Below are positions 15,327-24,318 of a DNA stretch of 64,000 nucleotides, piece by piece. The first letter of the stretch is position 1; the number at the start of each line of letters is the position of its first letter. The notes below the pieces were generated by a model. The model had not been told where the DNA came from. It ran no database searches and saw only the letters and a program-made list of their open reading frames with translations. The position numbers and the translations under genes are program-made. Source of the stretch: Anaerolineae bacterium (lineage in GTDB: Bacteria > Chloroflexota > Anaerolineae > Anaerolineales > UBA4823); contig JBBIVW010000005.1 of NCBI GenBank assembly GCA_037439525.1, positions 7,007-71,006 on the forward strand, given 5' to 3'.

Positions 15327-17765
15327 ATGCCAACCATCAAGACCATCTATTCTCTGGCGCGCCGCTCAGGGACTTCTTTTTTACTCCATATTTTGCTCAA
15401 TACCTGGCGAACCAATTACTTGAACCGCAAGTATTTCCACAAAAGGAAAGGAGCACAGAACCTCTTTGAGCATGTTCCGCAGCGCCTGAGCGAGGTTGAA
15501 GAACAGGTTTCAGGCGCGCGCTTTAATTTTTCTACCGCTGAGCTGACCGTGCGATTTCTCAGCGAAGACGTGCTCCATCTTTTGTGGGCACCGGGCAAGG
15601 TGCTGCCTCCGTATGCCATAGCCCAATCGCATTGGCTGCCAGTGGATGTGGAGCTAAAGCGCGAGGGTGACATATGGAAGTTGAGCAGCCGGGAGGTGAC
15701 CCTGGAGGTGCACGCGCATGGTGAACTGCGTTTTTGCCAGCCGAATGGTGCGTTATTACGCCGGGAGGTGCCTCCGCGGTACGGTGGTTTGGCATCCAAT
15801 CCGGGATGGTCCACCTGTGCCCTCTTACAGCCAGATGAAGGTATTTTCGGATTGGGGGAACAAACCGAGGGGCTCAATCTCAGAGGCAGCCGTCACGTGA
15901 TTTGGAATAAAGACCCCGCCGGCAGCTATGCGCCGGGCAAAGATCCCATTTACATGCCCTTGCCGGTATATCTGAGCCTATCCTCTGCTGGAGGATATTA
16001 CATTTTTTATCACAATTCACATCCGGCCCAAATTGATATTGACCCGGTTGTAGAAGGGGAGACAAACACCCCGTCATCCATCCGCGTCAATTTTGAGGGA
16101 GGTGCCTTAGATTATTACTTTATTCTGGGAGACCCCAGGCATGGCTTGAAGAAGTTTAGTGAGTTGACAGGCAAGCCATGTCTTCCGCCACTTTGGAGCC
16201 TGGGCTACCATCAATCGCGCTGGGGCTACTGTTCACAGGAGGATATCCTGGAAGTTTTGGAAGGATTTCTCCGACAAGATATGCCGCTCAGCGCCATCCA
16301 TTTGGACATTGATTATATGCGAGGCTACCGCGTATTCACGGTGGACAAAACGCGCTTTTCGGATTTGAAATCTCTGGCGCAAAGGCTGGCAGCCGTGGGT
16401 GTGAAATTGGTGTGCATCCTAGACCCAGGGGTGAAGCGCGATGCGCATTATGCGGTGTACCAAGAAGGAAAGCACATGAGGGCTTTTTGCACTTTGAGCA
16501 ACGGGCAGGAGTTTGCCGGGGTAGTTTGGCCGGGAACAAGCGCATTCCCCGATTTCACGAATGAGGAGGTGCGGCAATGGTGGGGTTCCCATTACCCGGC
16601 ATTGGTAGAACAGGGTGTGGCTGGTTTTTGGCATGATATGAACGAACCCACTTCGTTTAGCTTATTGGGGCAAAACACCTTACCCTTCGAGGTTCAGCAT
16701 CACATGGAAGGGCAGAAAAGCGACCACCGAGAAGCGCACAACCTGTACGCGTTGATGATGAACCGGGCGGGTTTCGAAGCTTTGCAAGCTTGTGCTCCTC
16801 AACGGCGCCCATGGATCCTTTCGCGCTCTGGATGGGTATCCCAGCAACGGTATGCCTGGAAATGGACCGGTGACTGTGAGAGTTCATGGAAGAGTCTGCG
16901 CGCCACATTACCCAATATTATGGGCATGGGCTTGAGTGGCATCCCCTTCAATGGAGTGGACATCGGCGGTTTTAGCGGGGACCCCTCGCCAGAGCTATAT
17001 CTGCGCTGGTTCCAAATGGCTACCTTCCTGCCTTTGTTTCGCACACATTCTGCCATCGGCACAAAGCGGCGCGAGCCATGGGTTTTTGGAGAACCATACA
17101 CCTCCGTCATTCGCCGTTACTTGAAGTTTCGCTATGCCCTGATGCCGTATCTGTACACCCTGGCTTGGGAATGCTGCCAGACGGGATGGCCGATGGTGCG
17201 ACCTATGTTTTGGGAACATCCCGAACAGATGGAGTACTGGTACATCGAAGACCAGTTTTTCTTGGGTGATGCGTTGTTGGTCGCACCGATTCTCGCTCAA
17301 GGAGAGGTAGGGCGTTTTGTCAGCCTGCCTGAGGGTCGTTGGTGCGACTTGTGGAAGCCCCAGATATATCCCGGTCCTGCCAGGGTAGAGGTGCGCAGTG
17401 GCTTGGAGGATATCCCTGTATTCGTGCGCGCGGGCTGTGTGCTCCCGCTGCAACATGGCGAACGCTTGACCCTGCGCGTATTCCCTCCGGAGGAAGACCA
17501 AATCCATTTGAGCCAGTTATATCTGGATGATGGCGACGGGTATGAGGGTTTTCACCTCTCTCAATTTGAGATCAGACGTGATGAACAGGGCGTCCGGGTT
17601 CACTGGCAGTCCCAAGGGACTTTGCCTTTCCCTTATCCCCTGGTAGAATTTGACCTGCGTGCCTTATCCCCAACAGGGGTGATCCTTCAAGGGCAGCGCA
17701 TTCCGTTAGAAAATGGTTGTATCACTGTAGCACCATTTGACGAGTTATGGATCAAGGAAGGCTGA
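15327..17765 (+). CDS. Glycoside hydrolase family 31 alpha-glucosidase
   Basis: GH31 nucleophile motif GFWHDMNEP, plus IHLDIDYM and KWTGDCESSW...GVDIGGF. Start is the ATG at 15327, 6 nt after AAGGAGG. Confidence 0.9.
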   Translation: MPTIKTIYSLARRSGTSFLLHILLNTWRTNYLNRKYFHKRKGAQNLFEHVPQRLSEVEEQVSGARFNFSTAELTVRFLSEDVLHLLWAPGKVLPPYAIAQSHWLPVDVELKREGDIWKLSSREVTLEVHAHGELRFCQPNGALLRREVPPRYGGLASNPGWSTCALLQPDEGIFGLGEQTEGLNLRGSRHVIWNKDPAGSYAPGKDPIYMPLPVYLSLSSAGGYYIFYHNSHPAQIDIDPVVEGETNTPSSIRVNFEGGALDYYFILGDPRHGLKKFSELTGKPCLPPLWSLGYHQSRWGYCSQEDILEVLEGFLRQDMPLSAIHLDIDYMRGYRVFTVDKTRFSDLKSLAQRLAAVGVKLVCILDPGVKRDAHYAVYQEGKHMRAFCTLSNGQEFAGVVWPGTSAFPDFTNEEVRQWWGSHYPALVEQGVAGFWHDMNEPTSFSLLGQNTLPFEVQHHMEGQKSDHREAHNLYALMMNRAGFEALQACAPQRRPWILSRSGWVSQQRYAWKWTGDCESSWKSLRATLPNIMGMGLSGIPFNGVDIGGFSGDPSPELYLRWFQMATFLPLFRTHSAIGTKRREPWVFGEPYTSVIRRYLKFRYALMPYLYTLAWECCQTGWPMVRPMFWEHPEQMEYWYIEDQFFLGDALLVAPILAQGEVGRFVSLPEGRWCDLWKPQIYPGPARVEVRSGLEDIPVFVRAGCVLPLQHGERLTLRVFPPEEDQIHLSQLYLDDGDGYEGFHLSQFEIRRDEQGVRVHWQSQGTLPFPYPLVEFDLRALSPTGVILQGQRIPLENGCITVAPFDELWIKEG

Positions 17766-17766
17766 C

Positions 17767-19440
17767 ATGGATTTCAATCACTATTTCACCAACGAGGAAG
17801 TTGAGACCATTCTCAAAGAATGGAAGGAGCGTTACGCCGATCTGATCGAAGTGTCTGTGTTGGGCGAGTCGTATGAAAAACGCCCGATTTGGTTGCTCAC
17901 GCTCACGAACCGAGCAACAGGCGATGACCTTTCCAAACCGGCGGTGTGGATGGATGCGAACATTCACGCCGTCGAGTTGAGCGGCACGACAACCATCCTG
18001 CATATCGCCCATACCTTGCTCGAGGGGCATGGGAAGGACGAGCGCGTCACGCGCCTGCTGGACGAATGTACGTATTACCTGGTGCCGCGCGTAAACCCCG
18101 ATGGCGCTGCCTGGGCAATGGCAAAGGTGCCACGCTATATCCGTTCTGGGGTTCGACCTTACCCGTGGGATGATAAAGATGAAGGACTTCATCGACAGGA
18201 CGTTGATGGGGATGGCCGCATTTTGCAAATGCGCCTGGAGGACCCGCATGGGGATTGGAAGATCAGCGAGCTAGACCCGCGTTTGATGCAAAAACGTGAG
18301 CCTCACGAACATGGCGGCAAGTATTACCGCCTCTTCCCGGAAGGTTTATTAGAGGATTACGATGGTTACTTGATCAAGATGGCGCGCCCTCAACAGGGTT
18401 TGGACTTCAACCGCAACTTTCCCTTCGAGTGGCGCACGGAAGAGGAACAGTCCGGCGCCGGTCCATATCCCACCTCTGAGCCCGAAACGCGCGCCATGAT
18501 CGACTTTATCGTGCGGCATGCGAATATTAACCTGGCGATTGCTTACCACACCTTCAGCCGCGTCATCCTGCGTCCGTACAGCACCAAACCCGATGATGCC
18601 ATGGAGACAGAAGACCTATGGGTGTTGCAGAAGATTGGCGAAATCGGCAATAAAATCACCGCATATCCGTGTGTCTCCACTTTTCATGATTTCAAATACC
18701 ACCCCAAGGAAATCACCAGCGGAGCGTTTGACGATTGGATGTTCGATCACCTGGGGGTGTATGCCTATACCATTGAGCTGTGGGATCTGCCCAATGAGGC
18801 AGGCATCAAAGATCGTAAATTTATTGAGTGGTATCGCCAGCATCCACATGAAGAAGATCTTCAAATCTTGAAATGGATCGAAGAACATGGCGAACCTGAT
18901 GCCTATGTGGACTGGTATCCTTTTGACCACCCACAATTGGGACGCGTTGAACTGGGTGGTTGGAACTTGCTGTACTCCTGGTGGAATCCTCCAAAGAGCT
19001 ATATTGGCGCAGAGGCAGGGCGCAATTCACCATTTGCTTTAGCGTTGGGTGATTTGTTGCCTCATCTGCGCGTGCATACTTTGCAAGTATCCCAGATCGG
19101 CGAGGAAGATTTTCATATCAACCTGGTGGTGGAAAACACTGGCTTTCTACCCACATATACCAGCCAACAAGGGAAGAAACGCAAAGCCATGCGACCTGTA
19201 CGCGTCGAATTAGAGGCACCTTCGGGATGTGCGCTGATCAATGGCAAACGCCGCGTGGAATTAGGCCATCTGGAAGGGCGCAGCAATAAATTGTCCGTTA
19301 CCAGCTTATGGGAAGCCTCCCCAACCGATAACCGCGCGCGCACGGAGTGGGTTGTGCATGCTCCGGTTGGGACGCAAGTCCAAATCCATGTGCTCAGTGA
19401 CCGCGCGGGCTGCGTACATCGCACGGTAGAACTACGCTGA
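17767..19440 (+). CDS. M14-family zinc carboxypeptidase
   Basis: MDFNHYFTNEEVETILKEWKERYADLIEVSVLGESYEKRPIWLLTLTN, and the zinc motif NIHAVELSG (HxxE). The ATG at 17767 lies 1 nt after the GH31 stop. Confidence 0.85.
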   Translation: MDFNHYFTNEEVETILKEWKERYADLIEVSVLGESYEKRPIWLLTLTNRATGDDLSKPAVWMDANIHAVELSGTTTILHIAHTLLEGHGKDERVTRLLDECTYYLVPRVNPDGAAWAMAKVPRYIRSGVRPYPWDDKDEGLHRQDVDGDGRILQMRLEDPHGDWKISELDPRLMQKREPHEHGGKYYRLFPEGLLEDYDGYLIKMARPQQGLDFNRNFPFEWRTEEEQSGAGPYPTSEPETRAMIDFIVRHANINLAIAYHTFSRVILRPYSTKPDDAMETEDLWVLQKIGEIGNKITAYPCVSTFHDFKYHPKEITSGAFDDWMFDHLGVYAYTIELWDLPNEAGIKDRKFIEWYRQHPHEEDLQILKWIEEHGEPDAYVDWYPFDHPQLGRVELGGWNLLYSWWNPPKSYIGAEAGRNSPFALALGDLLPHLRVHTLQVSQIGEEDFHINLVVENTGFLPTYTSQQGKKRKAMRPVRVELEAPSGCALINGKRRVELGHLEGRSNKLSVTSLWEASPTDNRARTEWVVHAPVGTQVQIHVLSDRAGCVHRTVELR

Positions 19441-19459
19441 TCTTTTGGAGGGAGAGCGC

Positions 19460-20644
19460 ATGTCTGAAATCGTTCGGCAAAAAGTCAAACAAGCGAAGGA
19501 GATTCTTCAGGAGTTGGACATCGATGTCTGGTTGACCTTTGTGCGCGAGACCAGCGCAGCAGGGGATCCGGCGTTGCAGTTGATCTACGATCACGACCTC
19601 ACCTGGCAAAGTGCGTTGCTCATCAGCAGAAATGGAAAAGATTACATCATTCTTGGACATCTCGAGGCGGAAACTGCCCGGCAGTTGGATGCCTATGCGG
19701 AAGTAATTCCCTATCATGAATCCATCCGCCCCGAATTGCTTCGGGTTTTGGAGGCGCTGAACCCCAGAACGATCGCCATCAATTATTCGCACAACGATGT
19801 CTTAGGAGATGGATTGGGCTATGGTTTGTTTCAAGTGCTGCAAGAAATCCTGGAGGGCACTCCTTGGGCTGGACGGCTGGTTTCGGCGGAGCAGGTGAAC
19901 GCGGCTTTGCGTGGCAGAAAGCTGCCTCTGGAAATAGAGCGCATTCGAGCGGCTATTCAGACCACGCAGCAGATTTTTTCTGAAACTTTTGCCGCTGTCC
20001 AACCAGGGTGGAGTGAGCAGCAGGTGTCTGAATTTATGCGCGCGCGTATGAAAGCCTACCGTGTATTACCAGCCTGGGAGGAGGGTCACTGCCCGACAGT
20101 GAACGCCGGCCCATATTCGCCGATCGGACATGTGAGCGCCGGTGAGCGCATCCTTCAGCCAGGCCACATCCTGCACATCGACTTTGGCGTCAAGCAAGCC
20201 CAGTACTGCGCCGATATTCAAAGGGTAGCATACATGCTGAGGAGAAACGAGCGCAATGCGCCCAAAGAAGTCCAAAAGGGGTTTGACACGATATGGCGTG
20301 CGATAGAGGAGACCGTGCGCCAGATACGACCTGGGATGAGCGGAGTCGAAGTGGATGCCATTGCACGCCGAATCGTTACCGATGTAGGCTACCCTGAATA
20401 TAAATACGCCACAGGTCACCATTTGGGGCGCTTGGCTCACGATGGCGCAGGGGTTTTGGGACCACTTTGGGAACGCTACGGAGAGACGCCGTTATTCCCT
20501 GTAGAGGTGGGCCATGTCTACACCATCGAGCCGGGACTGTTCGTCCCAGAATATGGTTACATCGGCCTGGAAGAGGATATTTGGGTCACCCCAAACGGCG
20601 CAGAGTTTCTCAGCGATCCGCAGACTGAGTTGATCCTGATTTAA
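19460..20644 (+). CDS. M24-family Xaa-Pro aminopeptidase/dipeptidase
   Basis: Pita-bread metal-ligand blocks: HIDFGVKQAQYCADIQR, GHHLGRLAHDG, YTIEPGLF, GLEEDIWV. Start is the ATG at 19460, after GGAGGGAG. Confidence 0.85.
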   Translation: MSEIVRQKVKQAKEILQELDIDVWLTFVRETSAAGDPALQLIYDHDLTWQSALLISRNGKDYIILGHLEAETARQLDAYAEVIPYHESIRPELLRVLEALNPRTIAINYSHNDVLGDGLGYGLFQVLQEILEGTPWAGRLVSAEQVNAALRGRKLPLEIERIRAAIQTTQQIFSETFAAVQPGWSEQQVSEFMRARMKAYRVLPAWEEGHCPTVNAGPYSPIGHVSAGERILQPGHILHIDFGVKQAQYCADIQRVAYMLRRNERNAPKEVQKGFDTIWRAIEETVRQIRPGMSGVEVDAIARRIVTDVGYPEYKYATGHHLGRLAHDGAGVLGPLWERYGETPLFPVEVGHVYTIEPGLFVPEYGYIGLEEDIWVTPNGAEFLSDPQTELILI

Positions 20645-20732
20645 GTCATCCCTTTGTAGTTCCTCATTCCTGCAGATTTATGCTAAAATCCGCAAGAATT
20701 GCCGGCAACAGCTACTTTGGGAAAATGAGAAG

Positions 20733-22019
20733 ATGACGAAACAAGAGATAAAATCCGTCAAAGGCACGCGCGATTACTACCCTCGCGAAATGAGCCTGCG
20801 CAATTTTCTTTATGATAAGGCGCGCCAGGTGTCCGAATCCTTTGGCTATCAGGAGTATGATGGGCCATTCTTAGAAACATTGGAACTGTACGCGGCGAAA
20901 TCTGGAGAAGAGCTGGTCAAGGAGCAATCCTTTGTCTTTCCTGATCGTGGAGGCGAGTTGATCACCTTGCGGCCTGAGCTCACTCCTACTCTGGCGCGCA
21001 TGGTTGCCCAACGCCAAAGGCAATTGGTCTTCCCTTTACGTTGGTGGTCTTGGGGGCCCTTCTGGCGGTATGAGCGACCACAAAAAGGACGCACGCGAGA
21101 GTTTTTTCAATGGAACATCGATTTGATCGGTGTGGATACCCCACAAGCTGATGCGGAAATGGTGGCGATTGCCGCCTCGTTCCTTGAAGCATGTGGCTTG
21201 ACCTCTCAGGAAGTGCACCTGTTGGTGAACAACCGGCAATTGATGGAGGGAGAGATTCTCGCCCTGGGCATACCTATGGAGAAGCGGCTGGAGGTGTTTC
21301 ACCTCATCGATCGAAAAGACAAGCTTTCGCCCGAAGATTGGCGCGCATACGCCCTTGAAATCGGATTGACCTCCTCTCAATATGAAGGGTTATTGAATGT
21401 CCTTCAGGATGAAGGATTATGGCAAAAATCGGAGCGGATGCAGCGCTTCTTTGAGTGTGTACATATGCTGGGTATGGGTGAATTTGTGCGCTTTTCTCCG
21501 CATGTCATTCGCGGTTTAGATTACTATACCAGCACTGTGTTTGAAGCCTGGGATGTCAAGCGGGAGTTTCGCGCCATCCTGGGAGGTGGGCGGTATGACA
21601 ACCTGGTGGCGGATGTGGGCGGGACGCCTGTGCCGGCGGTTGGATTTGCCATGGGGGATCTGGTGATCAGCCTGGTGTTGGAGGCTTATGGGCATTTACC
21701 TTCACATCTGGACACTTCTCCAGCCCCCATTTTAGTCACCGTGTTCAGTGAGGAAACGATGGGTGAGTCGTTTCGCCTGGCAGGCGATTTGCGCCGCCAG
21801 GGCTTCAAAGTGGCTTGTTACCCAGAAGCGACCAAGTTGCCTCGGCAGATCAAATACGCCGATCGCATGGGGATGCGCCTGGTGATATTACTTGGCCCTG
21901 ATGAAATCTCCGAGGGGGTAGTTTCAATTAAAGATTTGGCTCGTATGGAACAGGTACGCGTTACCCGCTCCCAGGTTGGACAAACCTTGTCGGATTTGCT
22001 TGAAAGAGGCTCAGCTTAG
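20733..22019 (+). CDS. hisS: Histidine--tRNA ligase
   Basis: KGTRDYYPREM, ELTPTLARM, WGPFWRYERPQKGRTREFFQWNIDLIG, GGGRYDNL, and a C-terminal anticodon-binding domain. Confidence 0.92.
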   Translation: MTKQEIKSVKGTRDYYPREMSLRNFLYDKARQVSESFGYQEYDGPFLETLELYAAKSGEELVKEQSFVFPDRGGELITLRPELTPTLARMVAQRQRQLVFPLRWWSWGPFWRYERPQKGRTREFFQWNIDLIGVDTPQADAEMVAIAASFLEACGLTSQEVHLLVNNRQLMEGEILALGIPMEKRLEVFHLIDRKDKLSPEDWRAYALEIGLTSSQYEGLLNVLQDEGLWQKSERMQRFFECVHMLGMGEFVRFSPHVIRGLDYYTSTVFEAWDVKREFRAILGGGRYDNLVADVGGTPVPAVGFAMGDLVISLVLEAYGHLPSHLDTSPAPILVTVFSEETMGESFRLAGDLRRQGFKVACYPEATKLPRQIKYADRMGMRLVILLGPDEISEGVVSIKDLARMEQVRVTRSQVGQTLSDLLERGSA

Positions 22020-22039
22020 TGATACAATTTCCCTCACAT

Positions 22040-22113
22040 GGTGGGCGTAGCTCAACTGGCAGAGCACCTGACTGTGGATCAGGCGGTTGAGGGTTCGAGC
22101 CCCTTCGCCCACC
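22040..22113 (+). tRNA. tRNA-His (anticodon GUG) with genome-encoded G-1
   Basis: Folded by hand. G-1 at 22040 sits opposite discriminator C (22113). Acceptor GTGGGCG/CGCCCAC, D stem GCTC/GAGC, anticodon stem CCTGA/TCAGG with loop CT-GTG-GA, T arm GAGGG-TTCGAGC-CCCTT. Confidence 0.9.
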
Positions 22114-22122
22114 CTATAAGAA

Positions 22123-22146
22123 CCATCCGCCCAGGGTGGTTTTTTT
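22123..22146 (+). terminator. Rho-independent terminator after tRNA-His
   Basis: CCATCC-GCCCA-GGGTGG hairpin (6 bp, one G-U pair) followed by seven T residues (22140-22146). Confidence 0.6.
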
Positions 22147-22196
22147 ATTTAGCAGTGACAGAGCTCGATGCGCTCGTATGGAACCACTGCTGAGCC

Positions 22197-23183
22197 TTAT
22201 GAGCTCCTTTTTCCCCTGGAGAACAACAGGCGTTCGATGTTGGCAACGCCTTCCTCAAATGTATCTCCCAAATATTCCCCTGCAATGCGCATCCGCCATT
22301 CCGGATATTCCACGAAAAACCTGCCACCATAGCCGACGACCGGCGTGGCCTCAGTCGCCAGGTTTGGGAAGTAAGCGGGTAAATCGAGCAAAGCCTGGGC
22401 GGTTTCTTCTGACATGGCAACGAGGACGACCAAATCGGGCTCTAAATCACGCACCAGACTGGCTAAATCTGCCATAGGGACTGTTTGCCCGAGATAAGCA
22501 ATAGGCCAACGCCGCCGGCGCAACAAGGCCCCTAGCACCAGCAGACTGCCTTCATGCAGCTCTTGTGGAGCGCATGCCAACATGATAGGAGGGGTCAATC
22601 TGGGTGGTGGCCCACTCACCATCCACATCAATAACCTTTGGCGTAGGAAATTGGTTGCCAGGTGTTCTGTGGCGATATCGATTTCCCCGTTTTCCCAGGC
22701 GCTACCGATCCTATCGAGCACAGGGGCGATCACCTGCAGGATGGTCTCTTCTGGGGAAGCGACAGCAAGGGCATTAGCCAGCACTTGCGCGGCTTCCTCT
22801 TCGAGGTGTGCTACGAGAGCTTCGTAAAGCTGGTCCGCAAACATTGCCAGGTTAGGCCGGGGCTCAGCAGTTGAGACCCGATGCAGGAGAGGCGCAGGTT
22901 CTGGTTGGCTGACATGCCCAAGTTGCGTTTGATGGTAGAGCGCTTGAATGGCTTGGGAGGTTTGCATCCCCTCCTGGATGCGCGCCTTGACCCATTGCAA
23001 CTGCAAGATGTCTTGTTCAGAGTAAAGACGATGACCCCCCTCGGTGCGCTTGGATTGAGGAAAGCCATAGCGGCGCTCCCAAGCACGTAATGTTGCCATG
23101 GAGAGGCCCGTCAGGCGGGAAACCGCTCCAATGTTAAACAAAGGCTTGTCTCCACCAACCAGCACATGCGGTAATGTCGCCAT
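22197..23183 (-). CDS. MerR-family regulator with cobalamin-binding domain (CarH/LitR-type light-responsive repressor)
   Basis: N-terminal MerR HTH FNIGAVSRLTGLSMATLRAWERRYGFPQSKRTEGGHRLYSEQD. The central helical bundle has W-x9-E-H (WENGEIDIATEH). The Rossmann-like B12 domain has ACAPQELHEGSLLVLG, a near match to D/E-x-H-x-x-G. AAGGAG sits 5 nt before the ATG. Confidence 0.8.
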   Translation of the reverse strand: MATLPHVLVGGDKPLFNIGAVSRLTGLSMATLRAWERRYGFPQSKRTEGGHRLYSEQDILQLQWVKARIQEGMQTSQAIQALYHQTQLGHVSQPEPAPLLHRVSTAEPRPNLAMFADQLYEALVAHLEEEAAQVLANALAVASPEETILQVIAPVLDRIGSAWENGEIDIATEHLATNFLRQRLLMWMVSGPPPRLTPPIMLACAPQELHEGSLLVLGALLRRRRWPIAYLGQTVPMADLASLVRDLEPDLVVLVAMSEETAQALLDLPAYFPNLATEATPVVGYGGRFFVEYPEWRMRIAGEYLGDTFEEGVANIERLLFSRGKRSS

Positions 23184-23217
23184 ACATGCTCCTTATTGTT
23201 CAAAAAATTTATACATC

Positions 23218-23246
23218 ATTGTAGCATTGAGGCTTTGTTCTGTCAA
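23218..23246 (-). promoter_or_regulatory. Promoter of the CarH-like gene (TTGACA-N17-TACAAT)
   Basis: The minus strand reads TTGACA (23246-23241), a 17-nt spacer and TACAAT (23223-23218), about 35 nt upstream of the ATG at 23183. Confidence 0.5.
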
Positions 23247-23258
23247 GGAGGTGGCTTG

Positions 23259-23280
23259 AATATGTACAAAACATTGACAT
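23259..23280. promoter_or_regulatory. Candidate CarH/LitR operator: two tandem 11-bp repeats fitting nAnnTnnACAn and overlapping the -35
   Basis: AATATGTACAA (23259-23269) and AACATTGACAT (23270-23280) both fit nAnnTnnACAn. That is the 11-bp direct-repeat pattern I recall for the Thermus CarH operator. The second repeat contains the -35 hexamer. Confidence 0.3.
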
Positions 23281-23302
23281 ATCCTGGTTTTGAGCATATA
23301 AT
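23274..23302 (+). promoter_or_regulatory. Perfect-consensus sigma-70 promoter (TTGACA-N17-TATAAT) for the SDR/aldo-keto reductase genes
   Basis: TTGACA at 23274-23279, a 17-nt spacer and TATAAT at 23297-23302. It lies 42 nt upstream of the GTG at 23344 (AGGAGG at 23333-23338) and is divergent from, and back to back with, the carH-like promoter. Confidence 0.55.
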
Positions 23303-23343
23303 GCAATCATTATCCCATCGGAAAAATGCCTTAGGAGGTTCAT

Positions 23344-24282
23344 GTGATCGTTGTTACAGGTGCATCCGGTTATCTGGGAAGTCATATAACCCGTCGTCTG
23401 GCACAGCAGGGGAAGCAGGTGCGGGCTCTGGTTTTCAATGCGGAAAGAGCCAAGCGTGAAGGACGGCTGCAAGGATTAGGTATTGAATGGGCATCGGGGG
23501 ATGTGACCAACCCCGATGATTTAGAGCGAGCCTTTCAAAGCGCTTCTGCCATTATTCATACTGTAGCCATTGCTATTGAAAAGGGGGGTAAGAGCTATGA
23601 ACGCATTAACTACCAGGGTACAGTGAATGCGGTGGGGGCAGCCGTTAAGTGCGAAGTGCCTCGTTTCATCAATATCTCCCAGTTGGGTGCGGACTCTCGC
23701 CTTCCGTACCGCTTCTTGGCTTCTAAAGGAAAAGCACAAGAATACGTAGCCGCTTCTAGCCTAAAATGGACGGCTTTTCGTCCTTCGGTGATTTGGGGAC
23801 CAGAGGATGAATTTGCCAATACCTTTGCCCGTTTGGTACCATTTTCGCCGCTGATTTTTCCCATCATTGGCACCAAAGAGACGAAGTTTCAACCTGTCTG
23901 GGTGGAAGATGTGGCCACGTGTGTCGTTGCCGCGCTGGAAGATCCGGAAACGATTGGGCAGGAATTCGAGTTGGGTGGACCGGAGATATTGACATTGGAG
24001 GAGATCGAACGTCGTACCCTTGAGGCGGTTGGCGCCCGCCGGTGGATGGTGCGTTTGCCCATGCCTTTGATTCGGTTGGTCGTGATGTTCATGGAGCGGT
24101 TCCTACCCAACCCGCCGGTGACCCGTAGTCTGTTAGAATTGTTGCAGGTGAGCAATGTGACCAGGCAGAATGCCATTCATCGCTTTGTGGAGCAGCCTCG
24201 CCCATTCTCTGTGGAACATATCGCTGCATATATGCGCTTGTTTCGCCCAAAGCAAACAATACAGCAGTTCTTCGGAAGGTAA
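23344..24282 (+). CDS. NAD(P)-binding Rossmann-fold protein, atypical SDR (NmrA / NDUFA9-like epimerase-dehydratase family)
   Basis: N-terminal VIVVTGASGYLGSHITRRL (GxxGxxG). The overall layout resembles the complex-I 39-kDa/NmrA-like subfamily. GTG start after AGGAGG. Confidence 0.8.
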   Translation: MIVVTGASGYLGSHITRRLAQQGKQVRALVFNAERAKREGRLQGLGIEWASGDVTNPDDLERAFQSASAIIHTVAIAIEKGGKSYERINYQGTVNAVGAAVKCEVPRFINISQLGADSRLPYRFLASKGKAQEYVAASSLKWTAFRPSVIWGPEDEFANTFARLVPFSPLIFPIIGTKETKFQPVWVEDVATCVVAALEDPETIGQEFELGGPEILTLEEIERRTLEAVGARRWMVRLPMPLIRLVVMFMERFLPNPPVTRSLLELLQVSNVTRQNAIHRFVEQPRPFSVEHIAAYMRLFRPKQTIQQFFGR

Positions 24283-24318
24283 ACGCTGTTCGACTGAGAA
24301 CCGTTTGGAGGGCCTCAT

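Noticed and set aside
20645-20732. T-box leader upstream of hisS
   Set aside because: The untranslated region is under 90 nt and lacks a specifier-loop/T-box sequence and a terminator/antiterminator pair.
22136-22477. 113-aa + strand ORF downstream of tRNA-His
   Set aside because: It starts inside the terminator T-run and overlaps the 3' end of the CarH-like gene antisense. It has no RBS or motifs.
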